DNA of 63,099 nucleotides, the filler included, from Chiloscyllium plagiosum (Eukaryota): NCBI RefSeq assembly GCF_004010195.1. It is 3 parts of one record of this genome, joined end to end, with 100 filler letters (N's around TTAATTAATTAA, not from the genome) between each part and the next. Parts side by side here need not be neighbours in the genome. Positions count along the whole stretch, not along the records: positions 21,716 to 51,995 come from NC_057717.1; 2 more parts are not named here. The stretch is one strand, 5' to 3'. Each line of letters opens with the position of its first letter. Within the stretch, counting starts at the first letter, position 1. The notes below the pieces were generated by a model that searched no databases, was not told the origin of the DNA, and saw only the letters and a program-made list of their open reading frames with translations. Position numbers and translations under genes: made by a program. Positions 26,633 through 38,261 of this stretch are shown one piece after another.

Positions 26633-26762
26633 TTCCTGATGAAGGGCTTTTGCCTGAAACGTCGATTTTCCTGCTCCTCTTAGGCTGCCTGACCTGCTCT
26701 GCTTTTCCAGCACCACTCTGATGTAAATCTTGTTTCCAGCATTTACAGTCCTCACTTTTGCC
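26633..26762 (+). mobile_element. 130-bp Penelope 3' fragment beginning at a hammerhead motif
   Basis: ttc-CTGATGA-agggc-tttt-gcct-GAAACGTC; perfect 12-bp TSD atatctgttata at 26621-26632 and 26763-26774; empty site in the paralogue near 12200. Confidence 0.85.
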
Positions 26763-27409
26763 ATATCTGTTATAGCACCTACACCCGAATAAGGCTCTTG
26801 CTCCACCACTCTCACTATTGCATGCGACACTCTTTTTCCTTCATTCTTTCTGTCACTGAAAGCAAATTAGTTTGAATTTATTGTTTTGCCAACATCGAAC
26901 CAGTAAGGCGATTTAAAAATGCGGACATTCTGAAGGTTGGAGAGAGAGAAGATGCCATCGAGTCGGAAGAAGCCTGTGGATCAACCATCTTGCTCTGCAA
27001 GACATTAGGAAATAATCTCTATCAAAGATATTTGTTCATATGAAACTTATTCACATTAAACAGAAATATGACGACCCAGGGTATTCATCAGCCGGAAGAG
27101 TGACGTCACAGAGGATGGCTGTGGCTGTGTGGCTTTGGAATTAAGTTGATGTAATCTTCATAAGAGTCTTATTGAAACCGCATAATGTTATTTAGTTGGA
27201 GTCAGATAATCAGCAGTTGTGGCGGGGATTAGATTTGTGAATACTTGTTGTGTAACGTTCACTTTTAGAGTTAATAAAAAAATGACATTATTTTCTTTAA
27301 ATAGTGAAATGTGGGAGTTCTCTGTCACTCATATTCTAATAGATTACGAGGTGAGGTGAGCTTTCCTGGGTGTTCACTTTTATTAACAGAGGGGTTCACC
27401 GCCATATTG

Positions 27410-29025
27410 TAACACTTGCAAAGACCAACAGAGAGCAACGAAAAAATAAATAAGGAGTTAGAAAATTAAATATGAGAGTAAGTAAGCCAATCTTGTAAAG
27501 GCCGATTGTGAGAGCTTGTTTCAATACATAACAGGCAAACGAGAGGCAAAAATAGGCATTTGATCACTAGAAATTGACACTAGAGAGATAGTAGTGCGGA
27601 ACAAGGAAATGGCTGAGGAGCTGAATAATTACTTCGCGTCAGTCTTCACGGTGGAAGACACGAGTAATATCCCAAAAATTACAAACAGTGAGTGGACAGA
27701 GCTAGGTATGGTGGCCATCACCAAGGAGAAAGTGCTGGGAAAAACTGAATGGCCTGATGGCAAGTAAATCACCTGGACCAGATGGACGTTAATCCAGAAT
27801 TCTAAGGCAGATAGCTGATGACACAGTGACGGCATTGGTAGTGATCTTTCAGGAGTCGCGCGAATCAGGGAGATTCCCAGAGAACTGGAAAATAGCTAAC
27901 GTGATGCCCCTGTTTAAAAAATGGAGTAAAGCAAAATACGGAAACTTACAGACTGACTAATCTAAACTTGGCTATGTGTAAGATCCTGGAATCCATTGTG
28001 AAGGATGAGATTTCTTAATACTTGGAGGTGGATGGTAAAGTAGGACAAATTTAGCATGCTTTCATCAAGGGGAGGTCATGCCTGGAAAACCTGTTAGAAA
28101 ACCTTGAGGACGTAAAGAGCAGCTTCGAACAAGGAAAGGCAATGGATGTCATCCACCTGGACGTCCAGAAGGCCTTTGGCAATGTGCTGACTGGAGGCTA
28201 CTGAGTAAGGCAAGGGCCCATTGTGTTCGAGGCAAGGTGCTAGCATGGATAGAAGTTTAGCTGTCTGGCAGGAAGCAAAGAGTGTCCTTCTCAGGTTGAC
28301 AGTAGGTGACAAGTGGTGTTCCATACGTCTCAGTGTTGGGATCACAAGTTTTCACTTTATACATTAACGATCCAGATGAAGGAACTGAAGAAATTCAGGC
28401 TACATTTGAAGATGATACAATGATAGGTGTAGGAACAGGTCGGGTCAAGAAGGATTTGGACAGATTAGGATAATGGGCACAAAAAGTGGTAAATGCAGTA
28501 CAAAGTGGGAAATTGTGGGAACATGCACTTTGGTAGAAAGAATACAAACATGGACTACTTTCTAAATGGGGAGAAAATTCAGATATCTGGAGTGCAAAGG
28601 GAATTGGGAGTTCTACTCCAGGATTCGCTCAACGTAAACTCGCAGGTTTAGTCATTAGTTCGGAAGGCAAATGCAATGACGGCATTTATTTTGAAAGGAT
28701 TTGAATGTTAAAGCAGGGACGTACTTCTGAGGCTCCATAAGGCTTTTGTCAGACCATATTTGGAGCATTGTGCGCTGGTTTGAGCCACATATCTCAGGAA
28801 GGATGTGTTGGCCTTGGATCCAAGCTGTGTATGAAAGTGGTCTCCCACCTCTTTAAAGAGTGTCTCCTCATAGATAGGTTACTGAGTATCAAAGAGATCA
28901 AGGGTTACAGGGAAAAAGCAGGAGAATGTGGATGAGCAACTTGTCAGGCATAATTGAATGGTGAATCAGAATCGATGGGCTGGATGATCTAATTTCGGTT
29001 CCTATGTCCGATGATCTTATGGTCG
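27410..29025 (+). mobile_element. Degenerate CR1-like LINE (RT to 3' end) with internal deletion and filler
   Basis: ELNNYFASVFTVEDT, NWKIANVMPLFKK, IHLDVQKAF, YINDPDEG motifs; 3' end gggctggatgatctaatttcggttcctatg. Confidence 0.85.
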
Positions 29026-29029
29026 TAAG

Positions 29030-32000
29030 CCGCAGCCGATTGCTTCCTTTCTATCACTGTGACACTCTTGACAGCAAAGTGCAAGAGTAAAAAAATCCCT
29101 GAGTCATCTTTACCAAACATGGAGGATTCCTGTTGAGGATTCATGGGAATCGCTCCACTGCTCGAAGGAAAGGAAATTCTGTCAAATCCAACTGTTCCAG
29201 GAAGAAGTCTCATATCTGCTGTTTCTTTGAGTAGAATAATATCGGAGACAGAATAGCAGTTGGGACACATTATCACTTTTCCATTTGATATGAGTTCAAC
29301 TGCTAGGCAACTTGGAAACCTTTCCTTATTCTTTTTCGTCTTAAGACATGTGTGTTTGTGTATGTGTCTGTATGTGCGTAACTCTGTGTCTCACATTTTT
29401 CGCGAAAATGACCTAGGTTACACTTAAAACCTGTTGCAACCAGTGGCGAAGTGGGGCTGGTAAAGGAAACAGTGACCCTCCAACAGTGGTTGGAGCGGGA
29501 ATGAGGCATTATCACGGGGCTGTTCAAATGGAATTCTTTTCCCCCGAAGTTTCATCCCAAGATGGCAGCTCATCACCACCACTTCCAGCGCAATTACACA
29601 TGGTCCATAAATGTTGGCCTCTCAACAACAGACACATTCCATGAACAAATCAAAAATTATAAACTGCAGCAGAATTAATTGGGTAGGAGCAAGACTGATA
29701 GATAAATCTCTGGTGCCTTCCAGATTAGTGCTGCCTGTGCACTTTGACTTTGTGCAGTTTCCTAGTATTTATTCAAAGTTGAGTTTATTCAACATGTGCC
29801 AGACATGTGAATGGAGGAAAATTGTGGACAGACAGAAAAGTGCTGCGGAGACCACACTCAGATCAGCCATGATCTTACTGCCTGGCCGAGCAATGACAAC
29901 GTGTCTAATGACCTACTCCTGCTCCTCAGGTCTCTGTTCCTATGTTCCATTCAGTCCTTACAACCACTTGTATAGGAGCAGATGGAGACCACTTGCTCCA
30001 AATACCTGGTTCGCTGTATTACAGGATATCATTCAGTCCCTCAACGCTGTGTGGTTTGTTGTGGGTTGGAAAATGTGATGGGAAATCCAAGCTGTGTATG
30101 AAAGTGGTCTCCCACCTCTTTAAAGAGTGTCTCCTCTCTGCAAGTGGTGTTTCATTTGTTGGTCATGTTGTAGACCCAGATTCATGTGAATATCGGGCCC
30201 ATATCTCTCCCAGAGATGGCTCACAGGATACATGTCTCTCACAACCCTCAACATTCAATAACAGCACTTCCAGGAAAATTGCAACCATTCATTTTCCAAA
30301 GACAGAATACGAGAACATAAGAAACAGGAGTAGGTAATTTGGATGCCCACGCCATTGTATGCGATCATGTCTGACCGATTGTTGGCATTAACTCTATTTT
30401 AATGGCCAATTCTTGACACCCCCTCAGGTCTCTGACAGGTCAAAAATCCATCTATCTCCTCGTTAAATACTTGCAGTGATCTAGTTCCCCTAACTTTCTA
30501 GACCTGAGAATTGCTGACATTCACTACCCTCTATGAGAATAAAACACTCTCCAGACAGACACCATCCTATTAACATTAACAGATGGGGTTAACCGATCTG
30601 CTCAGGTTTGAGGGATTGACCCAGATATCAAGGCAGGATATGATTGAAGATTTTATCTTCAGAGGCACTTAAATATCCAGAATCATGTATCCCGAATAAA
30701 ATAAAATTAAAATACAAGCCATGGAATTTATCACCTTCTCAGTGTCTGTGCAGAACATAACGAGTGTTTGTCCATCACCATCAAGTTTCAATGCAATGAC
30801 CTCTTATTCTCTGACAGTGCCGCAGAATAATCTTCATTCACTCCTCTTTTACCATCAGCCCAGGGATTACTATGGTGAAGTCTCTTTCTACTGTCTCTGT
30901 TGCAATGAGATAATTCCTTTAAAGGTGAGAAAAACTATCCGCAGTATCCCAAATACTGCCTCAACAACAATATCAGTGATAATCATAATAATTCCTTCCC
31001 CTAACTTCCCGGTCTCCCATTCTTTATTATGACGCAAAACCTCATTCCATCCCTATGCACTGCCACTGACGTGGAATTTAATAGTTTCTTACATTTGTAT
31101 GTCAGCATCATTAAAGCCAGCAGCAGAGGAGCCGGTGGAGATGATCATCACTCTTGGGGATAGACTCAGTGAGAAATATTTCACTTGAAATAGGGAATGG
31201 TCACCTACCTGAATGGAAATGAAGTGTAGGAATAAGGAAAACAGGCACAAGAAGGGACCTAACTTTACCTTTTTTCTTCTCTCACCGGATGTGTGCAGCC
31301 CTGGCCAGGCCAGCATGTTATATGGATCTTGAACTGAGTGACTGGTTCAGCTGTTCCACAGGACAGTAAAGAGTAAAACACATTGTTGTGAGTTTGCACA
31401 GACCTGACTGGGGAAGGATAACCCATTGATTTCTTTGAAGGACATGATGAAATAAGATGGGATTTGTCTCACAAATGATGATAGTTTCATTTCAATTACA
31501 TTAATTTCCTTTTGAGATATCAACAGATTATTATTCTGTGACTCTAGCTTATGTGTAATGTCTAAAGCAGCATGCAGTGCCTGACCGTCTGACGGATTCT
31601 GTGCAGTGAACAAGTTCAACATACTCAAGCGCAATTATTCTGTAATTAACATGTGGTCAGATAGGACTTGATAACGTGTGTCCAGATTGAGAACAGTCTG
31701 GTTCTCCTCGCATATTGGTGAGTAATTTGTCATGAGTAATTTGCTCGATACAATTTGTGAGGAATAGAATATTTCATTGGAATTGAAAATGTTAACGTCC
31801 ACCTTTCTAAATTTTAACTAATATCGGAAGCAATTCAGTTTAACCTGGCTTAATGAACAGATATAATAACTTACCAGGAACACCAACTATAGCGAGAATG
31901 GGATAATAACCACATTGAATAACCAGCAGAAGATTATAAATCCACCAAGCTAATGATATTCTAGGCTGGGAAATCCAGTAAAGACCATAGGATAAACTCC

Positions 32001-32270
32001 TGTCCATTGTCAGAATATTCCATTCTATTGTTTTCAGATTCTGATCCATTGTTGGAAAATTCCAGTCTAATGTTCTCAGATTATGATCTCTCCTCCGGTC
32101 GCTTTGGAGGAGCTGATCCCTGTTCGTGCTGTCGGTGACCTCCTGCTCATACTCTGGGATAATTCATTGAACCGAATCCTTAATTACTAGAAGAGGCAAC
32201 TCCACCCATGACACATTTAGGATCCACGGAGACTGACATCAATACCATTCGATGAACTAATAGCTCCAGT
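29030..32270. repeat. Segmental-duplication module copy carrying the intact exon 1
   Basis: Collinear with 56760-60833; shared blocks include atccctgagtcatctttacca, ccacttgctccaaat.cctggttc, gggaatggtcacctacctgaatggaaatga and ttccacaggacagta.a.agtaaaacacattg.tgtgagtttgca. Confidence 0.9.
31875..32049 (-). CDS. First coding exon of a GPR139/GPR142-like class A GPCR (N-terminus and most of TM1), frame intact
   Basis: MDQNLKTIEWNILTMDRSLSYGLYWISQPRISLAWWIYNLLLVIQCGYYPILAIVGVP followed by canonical phase-1 donor CCTG|GTAAGT. The YYP..AI.GVP motif and the intron position in TM1 match the two-exon GPR139 structure (human YYSLLLCLGLP|A). Second exon not found in the window. Confidence 0.8.
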
Positions 32271-32619
32271 TAACCGGTTTCAGTTCAATAATATCTTATT
32301 AAAATTCAAAATATGATTAATATTTACACATTCTGATATGAATATGTGAAGGGGACTGAGGGAACGAATGTCGGGGCTTGTAGGGCAATTCAATTCAATC
32401 TGTCTTGGATATGGGAGTAATACTGGAGATTTATCGGAACGTGAAAATACTTCCCTGTTTTTAAATGGAAGCATACGTCCTGTACCTGCTGCTCATGCAT
32501 CACAATATCAATGAAACATTGAGAGAATTCTATCATCCATGATCTTGAAGAAAATGTCCTTTAGACTATGTGCGTTTACAAAAGACAATGGCATTATGTT
32601 AACAGAGAATTATAGATAA

Positions 32620-33050
32620 GAGACAATGGGGACTGCAAATGCTGCAGAATTCAGTATAGATAAAGTGTGGTGGTGGAAAAGGCACGGCTGGTCAGCCAAG
32701 ATCCGAGGAGCAGGAGAGTCAACTTTTCAGTCAGGTTCCTTCTTCATGACTGGGGAGGGGTAAGAGGGCTGAGAGAAAATGGGTGGTGGGGTGAGGCTGG
32801 GGAAAGGTAGTTGATACGAGGATGAAGGTGGGAGGTGATAGTGATAGGTCGCCGGGGAGTGTGGAGCGGTCGATGGGAAGGAACATGGACAGGTAGGTCA
32901 CCTCGAGAAGGCGGATCTGAGTTAGAGAGTTGGATTTTGGATCTAGGTGGGTGAGGGTGGTTTGGAAACTGGTCAATTCAATGTTCATGGCTTGTGTTTG
33001 TAGGCTCCCGAGGCAGAAGATGAAGTGTTCATGGTAAGAACCTGGTATTT
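32620..33050 (-). mobile_element. Decayed Penelope-like 3' end
   Basis: Minus strand HFIFCLGSLQTQAMNIELTSF resembles RLSFRLGTLQPQGMNSDFSSF of the 43469-45075 element; shared 3' tail. Confidence 0.7.
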
Positions 33051-33656
33051 CTCTTCCCAACCCTCTCTAGCATAATAATATCCCTCCTATAACATAACGA
33101 CTAGAATTGCACACAGTGCAACAGAAAAGGCTTCATCAGTGTTCTGCACAACCTCAGCATTACTTCTCAACTTCTAGTCGCAAAGTTCTGAGCAATGAAG
33201 TAACCTTAAACACCCTGCAGCACAAACTTCAAAGAATTATACCTGCGCCCCGGGACCCTCTTTTCTAAATAACTATCAAAACCCAGCATTAATTGTACAA
33301 ACCCTCCCCTTGTTTGATTTATCAAAATGCAATACCTCGCATGTGTCCAAGTTAAACTCCATCTGCCATACATCCGCCAAGTGAGAGATATCACTACCCC
33401 TTCTACATTCCCCCTTCGGATTAAAAGGACACTCCCCTTACCATTAGGTCCACAAACAACAGCTTTGACTTTCCCTAAGATGCAGAGCTTGGTTTGCTTT
33501 GCGCAGAGGGAGGAGTGGGTAAGGAGAAGCTGGATAGTGAACAGTTACCTTGTATGACATCATGATTTTAGGAAGAGGAAAGCCACATGTTAGAGATTTG
33601 AAATAGTGACCGGTGCTTTGGACCCAGAATTTCCTCATCTCTGGTGTTCAGTATTG

Positions 33657-36517
33657 ATATCTACCCGAGAACCTTCATAGTGCAGAGTGTGTTTGCAGGA
33701 TTTCTTTCCCTGGTATAGTAGACTACTAATAACAGCCATTTAAACCGGAAATCATAGCCAAGCAATTAAAGATTTTCATAGTTTATCTCAATGGCACAGC
33801 GAATGCACTCAACATCCTATAGTTGAGGCTAATAACTTGTACTTTTTTTCAATGAGAAATGTCCCCTGTATAATTTTATAATGTGAACCAGAATTAATAA
33901 ATCCATATACTTAAAATAGGACCCAAAATCTGGGCATGGTTTAGCATGGTTTAGGCCTTGTGTAGTGGATTGTGCCCACGTTTCTGAGCCAGAACTCTGA
34001 ATTCGATTCCAGTCCATGAACGTATGGTAGTGCCCATATCTCTGGAGAAGGTGTAGTGTGTTTTCATGTCCTGTGGAGGTGTATCACAGCATGTTACAAC
34101 AGGCTGAAGAACAAACACACAGGAGCATCATGTATCAGCTTTAGGGACTAATGATGAATGATGGTAGTGAATGATTTACTGTGCCGTAAATTCAAGTCTC
34201 AAATACTACCGAGCTGTTTCACAATATATCTGAACAAGTTGATTAAACATTTTTGGAATCGTGCCTTGATGGAGAAGGAAGAGGTACGACGACTGAATTT
34301 GAGTGCTTAGACCCAGGATGACTAAAAACACCACCATTCGTCTTGATTGGAGTCACATTTACACTTTCTAGAGGTTTATAAAATTATGAAGGGCATGGAT
34401 AGGGTGAGTGGTCAAGGTTTTTTTCCCCCCAAGGTAGGAGAGTCTAAAACTAGAATGCATATATTTAAGGTGAGAGGAGAAATATTTGAAAGATAATGAG
34501 AAGCAACTTTTTTTTGCTGCAGAGGATGGTGCTTCTATGGAATAAGCTGCCAGAGAAACTGGTGAAGGCTGGAACAATTACAGCATTTAAAAGGCAACTG
34601 GATGGCTTCATGATTAGTTGGACTTGGGCCAAATGCTGGCAAATGTGAGTGGATTAATTTAGAATATTTGGATGGCATGAGCGAGTTGAAGGGTCTGTCT
34701 CCCAGTTGTACATCTCTATGAATCATTTATTTACTCAATGAAGGTCTCTTTGTAATCTTCAGTTGTTTTTCATTGTACAAACACTGTCCACTGTACACCC
34801 AAACTCGATGTCATCCACAAATTTACGAAATATACCTTCTATAACTCTCATCTAAATCATTTATTTAAATTACAAACAAAAGTGAACCCAACAATTTTGC
34901 CTCTGGATCATCGCTGCCCACAGGCTTCCAGTTCAAAAAACAACCATCCACCACCACCCTGTCTCCTGCCATTAAACAGATATACGCAGAACATACACAC
35001 ACATACAGAGACACCGATGCAACCATGTCTTTAAGACGCAGGTTAGATTAAAACCACGATCAAGAGTGACAGTGAGAAGGCGGGGAATATCTACCCGAGA
35101 ACCTTCATAGTGCAGAGTGTGTTTGCAGGATTTCTTTCCCTGATATAGTAGACTGCTAATAACAGCCAGTTAAACCGGAAATCATCGCCAAGCAATTAAA
35201 GATGTTCATAGTTTATCTCAATGGCACAGTGAATGCACTCAACATCCTATAGTTGAGGCTAATAACTTGTACTTTTTTTCAATGAGAAATGTCCCCTGTA
35301 TAATTTGATAATGTGAACCAGAATTAATAAATCCATATACTTAAAATAGGACCCAAAATCTGGGCATGGTTTAGGCCTTGTGTAGTGGGTTGTGCCCACG
35401 TTTCTGAGCCGGAACTCTGAATTCGATTCCAGTCTATGAACGTATGGTAGTGCCCATATCTCTGGAGAAGGTGTAGTGTGTTTTCATGTCCTGTGGAGGT
35501 GGATCACAGCATGTTACAACAGGCTGAAGAACAAACACACAGGAGCATCATGTATCAGCTTTAGGGACTAATGATGAATGATGGTAGTGAATGATTTACT
35601 GTGCCGTAAATTCTAGTCTCAAATCCTACAGAGCTGTTTCACAATATATCTGAACAAGTTGATTAAACATTTTTGGAATCGTGCCTTGATGGAGAAGGAA
35701 GAGGTACGACTACTGAATTTGAGTGCTTAGACCCAGGATGACTGAAAGCACCACCATTCGTCTTGATTGGAGTCACATTTATACTTTCTAGCGGTTTATA
35801 AAATTATGAAGGGCATGGATAGGGTGAGTGGTCAAGGTTTTTTCCCCCAAGGTAGGAGAGTCTAAAACTAGAATGCATATATTTAAGGTGAGAAGAGAAA
35901 TATTTGAAAGATAATGAGAAGCAATTTTTTTTTTTTGCTGCAGAGGATGGTGCTTCTATGGAATAAGCTGCCAGAGAAACTGGTGAAGGCTGGAACAATT
36001 ACAGCATTTAAAAGGCAACTGGATGGCTTTATGATTAGTTGGACTTGGGCCAAATGCTGGCAAATGTGAGTGGATTAATTTAGAATATTTGGATGGCATG
36101 AGCGAGTTGAAGGGTCTGTCTCCCAGTTGTACATCTCTATGAATCATTTATTTACTCAATGAAGGTCTCTTTGTAATCTTCAGTTGTTTTTCATTGTACA
36201 AACACTGTCCACTGTACACCCAAACTCGATGTCATCCACAAATTTACGAAATATACCTTCTATAACTCTCATCTAAATCATTTATTTAAATTACAAACAA
36301 AAGTGAACCCAACAATTTTGCCTCTGGATCATCGCTGCCCACAGGCTTCCAGTTCAAAAAACAACCATCCACCACCACCGTGTCTCCTGCCATTAAACAG
36401 ATATACGCAGAACATACACGCAATCACACACACATACAGAGACACCGATGCAAACATGTCTTTAAGACACAGGTTAGATTAAAACCACGATCAAGAGTGA
36501 CAATGAGAAGGCGGGGA
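33657..36517. repeat. Direct tandem duplication, 2 x about 1430 bp
   Basis: Units start atatctacccgagaacc at 33657 and 35087 and end aaggcggggaa; near-identical with scattered substitutions and 10-bp indels; each contains a CR1 3' fragment. Confidence 0.95.
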
Positions 36518-36611
36518 AATTGTGTTGAGAAACACACCAGACAGGATCAAACTGCAAAGTAGACTTGATGGGCCAAATGGCCTAACTCCAGATTCCTATG
36601 CTCTGTGGCCT

Positions 36612-38259
36612 TAAGGTGTCAGGATTATTTTCCAAGGGTGCAGTAGAAGCTAAGTTGAACAGTCAATGGGACTGTGGCATTCGTTTGAGGGGATGAATGG
36701 TATATGCTTGTTCCTATTTGCTGTGCCCTTGTATCTGAAAAGAGGAGGTGACTTGCTGTGAGGTTAACACACTTTAAAATGAAAGGGGTCTCCCATTTTT
36801 CCTTTGTTCCTTTCTCCTTTGGATTGTGTGATCTGTGGCGTTCTCATCCCCCGGGGACAGTGAAGTCTGGATCATTGAGGATATTCAAGGCTGACCTTGA
36901 CTGTCCTTTGATGGATAGGGGAGGGAATGTTTATTGGGAACTGACAGGATAGGGGTATTCAGCTGCAATCAGACCAGCCATGATATTTCTAAATTAAGCA
37001 ACAGGCTGGAGGGTCCGAATGGCCAACTGCTGCTCCTGACTCATACGTTGTTCTGTCAATTTACTCTCAAGACTGTTACAGAGGGAGAGAATGATCCGAT
37101 TCAGCTAGTCAGCATCGTGACAACGCAGCAGGAGAAGGCCATAATGCCCATCCATAGGGTTAGATAAGAATAGAATGAAGTACCCAACTCATTCCAGTAA
37201 ATTACACAGCTTAGGAGGGCGCCATATAACCATCCCAGGCTGTTAAGCAGGAGCAGGGGCACCCTGGGTAGCTGTCAGGAAATACAGAGTAGAGATCATT
37301 ATTCATTTTGTGTTGGAAAGCTATAACTATTGGAATACTTTAGGGATCTACATGAGTTCATCAAAAATTACAATCCATACAAATAAATTTGATGAAGGGG
37401 ATGGAGCTCAGTTTGCTCATGCACCAGGATAGTCATAAGGTGTCAGGATTATTTTCCAAAGGTGCAGTAGAAGCTAAGTTTGATAAATACTTGACTGAAC
37501 AGTCAATGGGACTGTGGCATTCGTTTGAGGGGATGAATGGTATATGATTGTTCCTATTTGCTGTGCCCTTGTATCTGAAAAGAGGAGGTGACTTGCTGTG
37601 AGGTTAACACACTTTAAAATGAAAGGGGTCTCCTATTTTTCCTTTGTTCCTTTCTCCTTTGGATTGTGTGATCTGTGGCGTTCTCATCCCCCGGGGACAG
37701 TGAAGTCTGGATTATTGAGGATATTCAAGGCTGACCTTGACTGTCCTTTGATGGACAGGGGAGGGAATGTTTATTGGGAATTCAGCTGCAATCAGACCAG
37801 CCATGATGTTTCTAAATTAAGCAACAGGCTGGAGGGTCCGAATGTCCAACTGCTGCTCCTGACTCATACGTTGTTCTGTCAATTTACTCTCAATACTGTT
37901 ACAGAGGGAGAGAATGATCCGATTCAGCTAGTCAGCATCGTGACAACGCTGCAGGAGAAGGCCATAATGCCCATCCATGGGGTTAGATAAGAATAGAATG
38001 AAGTACCCAACTCATTCCAGTAAATTACACAGCATAGGAGGGCGCCATATAACCATCCCAGGCTGTTACGCAGGAGCAGGGGCACCCTGGGTAGCTGTCA
38101 GGAAATACAGAGTAGAGATCATTATTCATTTTGTGTTGGAAAGCTATAACTATTGGAATACTTTAGGGATCTACATGAGTTCATCAAAAATTACAATCCA
38201 TACAAATAAATTTGATGAAGGGGATGGAGCTCAGTTTGCTCATGCACCAGGATAGTCAT
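36612..38259. repeat. Direct tandem duplication, 2 x about 824 bp
   Basis: Units start taaggtgtcaggattattttccaa at 36612 and 37436 and end gcaccaggatagtcat; single-copy paralogue at about 55700-56610. Confidence 0.95.
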
Positions 38260-38261
38260 TC

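Noticed and set aside
27100..27413. Possible solo LTR ending tgtaaca with aataaa
   Set aside because: 5' boundary and TSD could not be identified, so it is not called as a feature.
37103..37273. Apparent two-TM terminal exon on the minus strand (LPRVPLLLLNSLGWLYG...VVTMLTS*) after an acceptor-like tttcctgacag
   Set aside because: It is a decayed ~42-bp tandem repeat, and the paralogue at 56260-56440 does not keep the frame.
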